Assembly: GCA_046498225.1 (NCBI GenBank)
Contig: JAWOBF010000061.1
Coordinates: 1-64,000, forward strand
DNA: 64,000 bases
Source: Candidatus Aegiribacteria sp.
Lineage (GTDB): Bacteria; Fermentibacterota; Fermentibacteria; Fermentibacterales; JCC-6
Direction of reading: 5' to 3'
In this document: one piece after another, positions 1 to 7,679 of the stretch
Numbering within the stretch: the stretch's first letter is position 1
How the letters are laid out: each line of letters starts with the position of its first letter
Translations under genes and position numbers: made by a program
Notes under the pieces: generated by a model
What the model saw: the letters and a program-made list of their open reading frames with translations, nothing else
The model's database searches: none
Told to the model about the DNA's origin: nothing

Positions 1-86
1 ACCGGCACGGTATCCCCGGTGATCTCCCCCAGTATCCTGGCGTGGTGAAAGCCCAGGTGGCCGGTTCCGATGACTCCAGTTACCAT
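1..86 (-). CDS. Gfo/Idh/MocA-family oxidoreductase, N-terminal fragment (runs off window edge)
   Basis: Reverse complement from ATG 86 reads MVTGVIGTGHLGFHHARILGEI, a Rossmann GxGxxG followed by HH; starts 1 nt after the ltaE stop. Confidence 0.75.
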   Translation of the reverse strand, partial: MVTGVIGTGHLGFHHARILGEITGDTVP

Positions 87-87
87 T

Positions 88-1122
88 CTATCCTCCAAAC
101 GCTGAAAGTACGTCGGCCGCGTATTTGACCCCGCTCTCCGACAGGGACAGGTGGGTGACGAACCTGAGCCTGGACGGGGAGAGGGCCAGGCAGCCTATCT
201 CAAGGCTCTCCAGGGCCTCGACTATCGTACCCGCCTTGCCCGGAGGTGTGCGGGTTATCACTATGTTGCTCTGCGGCTCCGGGTTCTCGAGTGTGAGCAC
301 GGAAGACCGGGATATGCCCCGGGCAAGCCTTCGGGCGTACTTGTGGGTCCTGGACAGCTGCGGCAGGTTGTGCTCGATGGCGTAGAGGCAGGCGGCGGCC
401 AGTATTCCGGCCTGGCGCATGCCTCCTCCATGCTGCTTCCTCAGGTACCGGACCCGCTTCTCTTCCTCCGCCGGGCAGAGCAGTATCGAGCCCACCGGGC
501 ATCCCAGCCCCTTGGAGAAGCACATGGAAGCCATTCTATAGCCGGACAGCATCTCCCGAAGACCCGTGCCGGAAGCGGCAGCCGCGTGCCAGGCCCTCGC
601 CCCGTCCAGGTAGAGAGACGCTCCATGGGCCCTGCAGATATCCAGTATCTCGTCTCTGGATTTCCCCGGTATGACCAGCCCTCCCATGACGTTCTGCGTG
701 TTCTCCAGCGCCACCAGTGTCCGTGGGGCGAAATGCTGGTCTTCGCCCCTGGAAAGAGCTTCCCTCACCTCCTCCGGAGGGAGGCAGCCGTCCTCGGACT
801 CCTCTATCCTGTGCATCTGGAGCCCGCCCATAGTGGCGTACTGAGCGTTCTCGTAGAGGTAGACATGGCTCCTGCTCCCGCAGATAACCTCCTCGCCGGA
901 CGCGGCCATGGCTCTCAGGGCGACGCCGTTGGCCATGGTGCCGGTAGGCATGAAGACAGCCCTGTCGAAACCGGTCATATCGGCCATGACCGCTTCGAGG
1001 TGGTTGACCGTGGGATCCTCGCCGAAAACGTCGTCACCGACTTCCGCCCTGGACATGGCGTTCCTCATGGCATGGCAGGGAGTGCTCACAGTATCGCTCC
1101 TCAGGTCCACCTTCAGGTTCAT
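88..1122 (-). CDS. ltaE: Low-specificity L-threonine aldolase (PLP)
   Basis: DLRSDTV, GDDVFGEDPTV, LENT, LDGAR and CFSKGLG (PLP Lys) motifs; ATG 1122 overlaps the ddl stop (ATGA). Confidence 0.93.
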   Translation of the reverse strand: MNLKVDLRSDTVSTPCHAMRNAMSRAEVGDDVFGEDPTVNHLEAVMADMTGFDRAVFMPTGTMANGVALRAMAASGEEVICGSRSHVYLYENAQYATMGGLQMHRIEESEDGCLPPEEVREALSRGEDQHFAPRTLVALENTQNVMGGLVIPGKSRDEILDICRAHGASLYLDGARAWHAAAASGTGLREMLSGYRMASMCFSKGLGCPVGSILLCPAEEEKRVRYLRKQHGGGMRQAGILAAACLYAIEHNLPQLSRTHKYARRLARGISRSSVLTLENPEPQSNIVITRTPPGKAGTIVEALESLEIGCLALSPSRLRFVTHLSLSESGVKYAADVLSAFGG

Positions 1123-2138
1123 CGAGCGGTCACCTCCATAGAATTCCGGAATGTTTCGGCGTGGATGCGCGTGGCCTCTTTCAGTATTCTCTCCATCAGC
1201 TCCTCGGGAGTGACCCCGGAAGCCTTCCACAGCTTGGGGAACATGCTGATCTCGGTGAACCCGGGTATGGTGTTGATCTCGTTGAAATAGAACTCTCCCC
1301 GCGGACCGAGAAGAAAATCGCTCCGGGCGAAACCGCTTCCCGCCATCATGCTGAAGCTCGTCTCTGCGCAGCGCCTGAACCTGTCCGACAGCGGGCCGGG
1401 AATGGGTGCGGGGATCAGCAGACGGGATTCGGCGCAGCTGTACTTGGCTTCGTAATCGTACCATTCCAGGCCCGGCACAACCTCCCCCGGAATGGAAGAG
1501 GATACCTCTCCCCCCTCGGAAAGCAGGGCCACCTCTATCTCCCTGGCTTCCTCAAGCCCCTTCTCAACTATGATCAGGCTGTCGAATCGGTGGGCGAGGT
1601 CCACCGCTTCCTTCAGGCCTTCAGGGCCGTCAACCCTGGAAATGCCCACGCTGGAGCCCATTCTGGCGGGTTTAACGAAAACCGGCCAGCCCAGTTCCCC
1701 GATGGAGTCCGGATCGGGAGGCGATCCTCTCCGGAAGCTCTTCCATGGCAGAACCGGCAGCCCGTGAGCTTCCGCGAGCCGCTTGGAGGCCGCCTTGTTC
1801 ATGGCTAGAGAAGAGGTCATGACCCCGGCCCCGGTGAAGGGCCAGCCCGCCATCATGCAGAGTCCCTGGACGGTGCCGTCCTCCCCGAACGGTCCGTGAA
1901 GCACGGGGAACACCACGTCGAACGCAACCCCGCGGGAGCCGGCCGCAAGCTTCCATACCGGATGGCCGGCCTGTATCTCCAGCTTTTCTTCCTTCAGGAG
2001 CCAGCTTCCGTCCCGCTCTATCCTGACGTTTAACGTTTCGTGGCCGGAGCCGCGAAGTACGCTGCCTACGAATTCGGCCGAGACAAGAGATACTTCATGC
2101 TCCGCCGACATCCCCCCGAATAATAGCAGGACTCTCAT
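1119..2138 (-). CDS. ddl: D-alanine--D-alanine ligase
   Basis: GGMSAEHEVSL, LHGPFGEDG, VKPARMGSSVG, YDYEAKY, NEINTIPG. Confidence 0.96.
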   Translation of the reverse strand: MRVLLLFGGMSAEHEVSLVSAEFVGSVLRGSGHETLNVRIERDGSWLLKEEKLEIQAGHPVWKLAAGSRGVAFDVVFPVLHGPFGEDGTVQGLCMMAGWPFTGAGVMTSSLAMNKAASKRLAEAHGLPVLPWKSFRRGSPPDPDSIGELGWPVFVKPARMGSSVGISRVDGPEGLKEAVDLAHRFDSLIIVEKGLEEAREIEVALLSEGGEVSSSIPGEVVPGLEWYDYEAKYSCAESRLLIPAPIPGPLSDRFRRCAETSFSMMAGSGFARSDFLLGPRGEFYFNEINTIPGFTEISMFPKLWKASGVTPEELMERILKEATRIHAETFRNSMEVTAR

Positions 2139-2257
2139 TCATCCTCCCGAAGCGCTTTCCGGAACGGGTCTTGACCGGAAGGCCGCCATTGGTGATTTTG
2201 CTGCACGCCCGTTCGCTCCTAATATAAGACTACAGCCGCTGCCAGACAGGAGAACGC

Positions 2258-3196
2258 ATGAAAGTACTCATAACCGGCGGAGCCGGCTTCATAGGCTCGA
2301 ACCTGGCCGACCTGCTGATCGAGGAAGGCTGCGAAGTTCATGTTCTGGACGACCTCTCCACGGGATTCAGGGATAACGTCAGCCCGAAGGCGACGCTTCA
2401 TGTGCTTGATATCAGGAGTCCCGAGGCCTACGGCCTGGTGTCGGGGGGAGGTTTCGACGCCATATGTCATCACGCCGCGCAGATGGATGTCAGGAGGTCG
2501 GTGCGGGAGCCTCTCTTCGACGCCGACGTTAACATTCTTGGCACCCTGAACCTGCTGGAAGCCTCCAGGGAGGGCGGGGTCGCAAGGGTGGTGTACGCCT
2601 CCACCGGAGGGGCTGTCTACGGCGAGCCGGAAACTCTGCCGGTCTCGGAGGACCATCCGGTGAACCCCATATGCCATTACGGAATAAGCAAGCACACGGT
2701 GGAGCACTACCTCTTCCTCTACCGCTACCTGTACGGCCTGGACTACGTGGTGCTTCGGTATCCCAACGTCTACGGCCCCAGGCAGAATCCGTACGGGGAG
2801 GCGGGGGTCACCGCCATATTCACCCTGGCCTACCTCACCGGCTCTCCCCCCATGATCAACGGCGACGGTCTTCAGCTTCGGGACTACGTCCATGTCCGGG
2901 ACATCGCCAGGGCGAACTGGATGGCCCTGGACCTTTCCAGGAACGATATTTCCGGGACCATATTCAATCTGGGCTTCGGAGAGGGCAGATCGGTGCTGGA
3001 GCTTGACCGGATAATTCGGGAATGCGCGGGTACCGACCTCCTCCCCTCCCATGGCCCGCCCCTGCCGGAGGAGATACAGAGGATATCCCTGGACAGCACC
3101 CGGGCACGGCGGGTTCTGGGATGGGAGCCCCGGATCGGCTTCGAGGAAGGGCTGAAAGACCTGGTGTCCTACCACCGGGAAAAGCTGGAGGGGTAG
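2258..3196 (+). CDS. NAD-dependent sugar epimerase/dehydratase (UDP-glucose 4-epimerase-like extended SDR)
   Basis: TGGAGFIG, STGGAVYG, YGISK (YxxxK), NVYGPRQ. Confidence 0.92.
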   Translation: MKVLITGGAGFIGSNLADLLIEEGCEVHVLDDLSTGFRDNVSPKATLHVLDIRSPEAYGLVSGGGFDAICHHAAQMDVRRSVREPLFDADVNILGTLNLLEASREGGVARVVYASTGGAVYGEPETLPVSEDHPVNPICHYGISKHTVEHYLFLYRYLYGLDYVVLRYPNVYGPRQNPYGEAGVTAIFTLAYLTGSPPMINGDGLQLRDYVHVRDIARANWMALDLSRNDISGTIFNLGFGEGRSVLELDRIIRECAGTDLLPSHGPPLPEEIQRISLDSTRARRVLGWEPRIGFEEGLKDLVSYHREKLEG

Positions 3197-3200
3197 ACTC

Positions 3201-3776
3201 TTGAACAGCCCGGTATTCCTTGACCGTGACGGAGTGATTAACATGAACCGCGAGGATTACGTGAAATCCGTCGACGAGTGGGTCCCCCTGCCCGGGGCCA
3301 TCTCCTCCATGGTCAGGCTGAGCCGGGCGGGTCACCCGGTGGTGGTTGTGACGAACCAGTCCTCCATAGGCAGGGAGCTCTGCTCCGAAGAAGACGTCAG
3401 GGAAGTAAACCGGTACATGACAGGCCTTGTGGAAGATGAGGGGGGAACGATAGCCGGTGTCTACTACTGCCCGCATCATCCGGAAACCGGATGCTCATGC
3501 AGGAAGCCGGAGACTGGAATGGTTGATGCCGCGAGAGATGAGCTGGGCCTGCCGCCGGGAGGGTATATCGTAGGAGACGCGTACTCGGACATGGAACTGG
3601 GCAGAAGGGCCGGTCTGCGAACCATTCTGGTACTCACCGGCAGGGGCAGGGAACAGCTCGGCGCTATTCGATCCCGGAACTGTCCATTGCCCTGGCGGGT
3701 GGCGAAGGACCTGTCCGCCGCGGTGGACATCATTCTGGGGGATTCAGACGGGGGTTCCGGATTGATGGGTCCATGA
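3201..3776 (+). CDS. gmhB: D,D-heptose-1,7-bisphosphate phosphatase (HAD family)
   Basis: FLDRDGVIN, VTNQS, CPHHP..CSCRKP, VGD; TTG start with GGAGG upstream. Confidence 0.9.
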   Translation: MNSPVFLDRDGVINMNREDYVKSVDEWVPLPGAISSMVRLSRAGHPVVVVTNQSSIGRELCSEEDVREVNRYMTGLVEDEGGTIAGVYYCPHHPETGCSCRKPETGMVDAARDELGLPPGGYIVGDAYSDMELGRRAGLRTILVLTGRGREQLGAIRSRNCPLPWRVAKDLSAAVDIILGDSDGGSGLMGP

Positions 3777-3789
3777 GAATATTACCCGC

Positions 3790-4554
3790 ATGAAAAGAAG
3801 ACGTCGAAGAAGCCGGTTCGCGCGGTTCCTGGGACTGCTGCTCCCCTTCCTTCTCCCGGCAGCGGTATTCGTGGTCTGGATGGTCTCCCAGTGCCGCGGA
3901 CAGGAGCAGAACCCGCTTCATATCGTGGCTTCCATGAACCTGGAGGGCGGAAGGACCACAACATTCTCCACCATACTCGAGGATGGCAGCGAAGCCGTGT
4001 GGCAATGCTCGGAGGGCACTTTCATAGAGACGGGAGAAAGGTCCGCCGCCGGCAGGAGCGTCACCTGGCAGCCCTCGCCCGGACTCGAGGATTCGGTCTC
4101 CATAGTAATAACCACCCCCACCGTAACGGATACGGTCAGGTTCCTTCCGGTGATACCGGACATGGTCCCTTCGGTATCCGTATCCGCCGCGTATCACCTC
4201 TCCATACTGGAAAGGGCAAGGAGCATACAGATAGCCCCCGGCATCTACAGGGCCGTTTCGTCCGCCGACGACCTGTCGGGTTACGACGGCCTGGTGATAC
4301 TCCTGGTCAAGACCCGCGGCGACCTCAGGAAGGCTTACGGAATGCTTCCGGGAGACACACTCTTCCTCGCCCTTCCCCTGGGAGGGATAGTCCAGGCCAC
4401 CGGACTGGACAACATGGAGGACGCCATGGACAACGAGGGGAGCATTCAGATAGTGTTCGAGACGGTGGAGGATTCACTTGCCGCCGAAGTCTTCGGCGAT
4501 GGGCCGTCACCTGAACCTGAACAGGTAACGCCTCCTCCTGGAGAAGAGCCATAG
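3790..4554 (+). CDS. Hypothetical membrane-anchored exported protein
   Basis: Basic N-terminus, one hydrophobic helix, beta-rich acidic remainder; follows gmhB. Confidence 0.65.
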   Translation: MKRRRRRSRFARFLGLLLPFLLPAAVFVVWMVSQCRGQEQNPLHIVASMNLEGGRTTTFSTILEDGSEAVWQCSEGTFIETGERSAAGRSVTWQPSPGLEDSVSIVITTPTVTDTVRFLPVIPDMVPSVSVSAAYHLSILERARSIQIAPGIYRAVSSADDLSGYDGLVILLVKTRGDLRKAYGMLPGDTLFLALPLGGIVQATGLDNMEDAMDNEGSIQIVFETVEDSLAAEVFGDGPSPEPEQVTPPPGEEP

Positions 4555-5799
4555 GCCGGTGATACCGGCCGCCCAGACCCAGGTCATCCACGGCCTGTAC
4601 ACCACACCTCCGGTTCCCATTTTCTGAAGCAATCCGAACCACAGGTATACCGTCCACTCCGACAGGACGGCGGCTGCCCCCGTCAATGGCAGGAGGGCGA
4701 GGGGTGCCAGCATCATCAGGGCAAGCATGAAGGGTATAGAGACGACGGTTGCAAGCGGCGCCGCCGGATTGAACCCTCCGTATACCGAGGATACGAGGGG
4801 AGCCAGGGCCAGTGTTACCACAACTCCGGCGTAGCCCGCGGAGAGGAACCATCCACCGCGCCCCTCGAACCTCCTTCCCATCAGGATAAGGCTCAGGACG
4901 GCCGCGAACGACATCTGAGCGCCCACGTCGTTCAGGACTTCCGGCCCCGATACGGCCAGGACCATCACTGCCGCAACCGACCATACCATGAGGAGATCCG
5001 GTGCTCTTCCCCGTAGATGCCACAGTGTGACCACAGCCGTGAGCATTATCCATGCCCGTACGGTGGATGGCCTCCCCCCCGAGACCATGACGAAGAACCC
5101 GCTTGCAAGGATTACGGCGGTTACGGCGGTCAGTCCCTTTCCGGTGATGCCCCGGAACACCGCCAGCACAGCGGCGGCCAGAATGCCCACGTGCAGACCG
5201 GAGAGCGCCAGAAGGTGTGAGGTGCCGGTTCTTCTGAACGCATCCCTGACCAGCGCGGGCAATTGCCCCCTCTCTCCCGCTATCAGGGCGGACGCCAGCG
5301 ATGAGGTGCTCCTGGAGGGTATCCTATCCCGGAAGGCTGCCGAAAGTCGCAGCCTCAGCCTGTCCTGAAAGGCCTTCGAGCGTTTCACACGGAATGCTGA
5401 CACGCTGATGAACCTGCCCCTCAGCCAGCCCATGGCCGTCACCGAGTCTCCCCTGGCGCAGCTTTCCGGCAGTTCCCTTCCCGAAGCCCAGACGGTTCCG
5501 ACATCATGGCTGTGAAGAAGCGCCCCGCCCGTTGTCGTGGTCACAACGGAGAACCGCCACACTCCACCCCGGCCCCGGTCGGGCCCGGAAGCGCCGGATG
5601 CGTGATGGATGACGCTCATTCCGGCCAGAAACGCCGCAGAGCACAGGAGCAGCCTTCCCGCCCTTCCGGCGCCGGCCGCCGCAAGGAGAACCCCGGCCGC
5701 CAGGGCCGGGGCCCATATTTGGGCCGAGAACCCGACCGGGGTATAATATCCGGTCAGGAATAGGACCACGAGCAGGAAAGGCAGACGTTTGAATACCAT
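4507..5799 (-). CDS. comEC: ComEC/Rec2 competence channel (core domain only)
   Basis: GTSHLLALSGLHVG, PSTVRAWIM, GAQMSFAAV; multiple TM segments. Confidence 0.88.
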   Translation of the reverse strand: MVFKRLPFLLVVLFLTGYYTPVGFSAQIWAPALAAGVLLAAAGAGRAGRLLLCSAAFLAGMSVIHHASGASGPDRGRGGVWRFSVVTTTTGGALLHSHDVGTVWASGRELPESCARGDSVTAMGWLRGRFISVSAFRVKRSKAFQDRLRLRLSAAFRDRIPSRSTSSLASALIAGERGQLPALVRDAFRRTGTSHLLALSGLHVGILAAAVLAVFRGITGKGLTAVTAVILASGFFVMVSGGRPSTVRAWIMLTAVVTLWHLRGRAPDLLMVWSVAAVMVLAVSGPEVLNDVGAQMSFAAVLSLILMGRRFEGRGGWFLSAGYAGVVVTLALAPLVSSVYGGFNPAAPLATVVSIPFMLALMMLAPLALLPLTGAAAVLSEWTVYLWFGLLQKMGTGGVVYRPWMTWVWAAGITGLWLFSRRRRYLFRFR

Positions 5800-5842
5800 T
5801 TCGAATACAGTTTACTCCGAATCCCTGCACTGTTCAAGGGGA

Positions 5843-6301
5843 ATGCCGATATTCCTGCTAGACAACCTGCGGAGCGCTTTCAACGTCGGTTCGGTATTCC
5901 GCACCGCTGAAGCGGTGAGCCCCGCCGCAGTATTCCTCACCGGAATCTGCTGCAGACCGGGCAACAGGAAGCTGGCCCACACCTCCAGAGGAACTCACGC
6001 ATCGGTCCCCTGGCGTTACTTCGATCTGGCGCGGGAAGCCGCCGAGTGGGTCCTGGAAAGCGGCAGAACGCTGGTGGCGGTGGAGAACACGGAGGATTCC
6101 CGTGTTCTATGGGATGCCGATATCCCCCTCTCTTCGGCCTTCATGCTGGGTAACGAGGCGCTGGGCCTCTGTTCCGAGCTCTCGCGCATGGCCCACCTGA
6201 AGGTGCGCTTCCCCCAGACCGGTTTCAGGAAATGCATAAACGTATCCAGCACAGCAGCCATAATAGCCGGCGAGCTCCAGAGACGCAGGATGTCGGGCTG
6301 A
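5843..6301 (+). CDS. SpoU/TrmH-family RNA methyltransferase
   Basis: LDNLRSAFNVGSVFRTA, LGNEALG, CINVS; ATG 5843 chosen because TTG 5789 overlaps comEC. Confidence 0.88.
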   Translation: MPIFLLDNLRSAFNVGSVFRTAEAVSPAAVFLTGICCRPGNRKLAHTSRGTHASVPWRYFDLAREAAEWVLESGRTLVAVENTEDSRVLWDADIPLSSAFMLGNEALGLCSELSRMAHLKVRFPQTGFRKCINVSSTAAIIAGELQRRRMSG

Positions 6302-6347
6302 CTTATTTCGACCTAACCGCTATTTATCCGCTATATGATCTATAACG

Positions 6348-7679
6348 CTATCTGATATAGCCCAGGTCCCTCAGCTGGTTGTTCTGGGCCTCGCCGAAGG
6401 ACACTTCGGGAGGGTCCGCCACGGGGGGTGTGGACCAGTAGTACTCCACGGATTCGATCATGGACCGGTGGACTACGCTCAGAGGTTCCTGCTCCAGCGG
6501 GTCCGACGCAAGGTCGTAGAGTTCTGTACCGCCGTCCTCGGAGTACCATATCATCTTGAGACTGTCCCTTCTCATGGATGCCTGGGGAACGTTGCTCCAT
6601 AGCAGGTTGCTGGCGGGAAGGTCCCTGGACGCGCTCACCGGGGCCAGCAGGTCCGCTCCCGGAAGACCGGGGGGTGGTTCCACGTCAATGAAGGAGAGGA
6701 TGGTGGGCAGAAGGTCCAGCAGCGCGGAGGGTTCCTCCCTGCGGACCCCCGCCGGCACTCCCGGCCCGCTCATGATCAGGGGAACGTGCAGGACTTCCTG
6801 GTACAGTGTCCTGCCGTGCTCTATGCCGGAATGTTCCAGGAACTCCTCCCCGTGGTCGGCGGTGACTACGACCAGTGTGCTTTCGGACAGACCGGAGGTT
6901 CTGAGGTAGCGGAGCAGCCGGCCCAGCTCCGCGTCGGTGAAGGCTATCTCACCATCGTAGAGTCCCATCATTCCTGTGAGGCCTTCCGGTGAGAGTACCG
7001 CTGCACCGCTGTTTACCGAGGTCATGGTATCCATCTGGAATTCACCGGACCGGAGGGGGCCCATGGATGAGGACGCGTACAGGGTATCGTAGGGCGAGGG
7101 CGGGTCGTAGGGTATGTGAGGGTCGTAGAAATGGACCACCGCCAGGAACGCTTCATCCCTGCCTTCAAGCCATGAGACAGCGGCGTCGGTCGTCTCGTCG
7201 GCCCTCCTGGTGCCCCTGTTTCCGGTGACGCCCCGGCAGTCGAAATGGTCGAACCCCCTGTGAAATCCGAAGTCCTCGCTCAGGAATATCACGTTCAGTA
7301 TGGCGCAGGTGGACATGCCCCGGGAATGAAGGATACCCTGGAGGGTGGGGATGGAGGGGGACAGGCCGAACATCCGGCCGCCGGAGGCTCCGGCGCCATG
7401 CTCTCTTGGAGCGAGCCCGGTCAGGATGGATGAAACCGAGGGAAGCGTCCAGGAACTCTGAGCCTGTGTCTGCATCCAGGCGGTGCCCGAAGCGGCCAGG
7501 CTGTCCAGAACGGGTGTAATGTCCCGTTCGTAGCCCCAGTATCCAACGTGATCGGCCCTGAGAGTGTCGATGATTATCAGAAGGACGCTGAGGTCGGGTT
7601 CCATTTCATCCCTGTTCCCGCCGCAGGCCGAAAGGGCCATGATCAGACACATGAGAAGCGGTACGATCGGCTTTTTCAT
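6348..7679 (-). CDS. Sulfatase-like hydrolase/transferase lipoprotein (alkaline phosphatase superfamily)
   Basis: Lipobox LSAC; IIIDTLRADH, WTLPS, DPHIPY, TADHGEEF, LYDLASDPLE. Confidence 0.85.
   Translation of the reverse strand: MKKPIVPLLMCLIMALSACGGNRDEMEPDLSVLLIIIDTLRADHVGYWGYERDITPVLDSLAASGTAWMQTQAQSSWTLPSVSSILTGLAPREHGAGASGGRMFGLSPSIPTLQGILHSRGMSTCAILNVIFLSEDFGFHRGFDHFDCRGVTGNRGTRRADETTDAAVSWLEGRDEAFLAVVHFYDPHIPYDPPSPYDTLYASSSMGPLRSGEFQMDTMTSVNSGAAVLSPEGLTGMMGLYDGEIAFTDAELGRLLRYLRTSGLSESTLVVVTADHGEEFLEHSGIEHGRTLYQEVLHVPLIMSGPGVPAGVRREEPSALLDLLPTILSFIDVEPPPGLPGADLLAPVSASRDLPASNLLWSNVPQASMRRDSLKMIWYSEDGGTELYDLASDPLEQEPLSVVHRSMIESVEYYWSTPPVADPPEVSFGEAQNNQLRDLGYIR

Noticed and set aside
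1123..1464. 114-aa N-terminal extension of ltaE in the ORF track
   Set aside because: Lies entirely inside ddl; homology starts at the coupled ATG 1122. Similar extensions of dapF, hslV, xerC, mutS and the anti-sigma gene were trimmed for the same reason.
1119..2138. Van-type D-Ala-D-Lac ligase
   Set aside because: The omega loop is YDYEAKY (Tyr, D-Ala-D-Ala type) and there are no van genes nearby.
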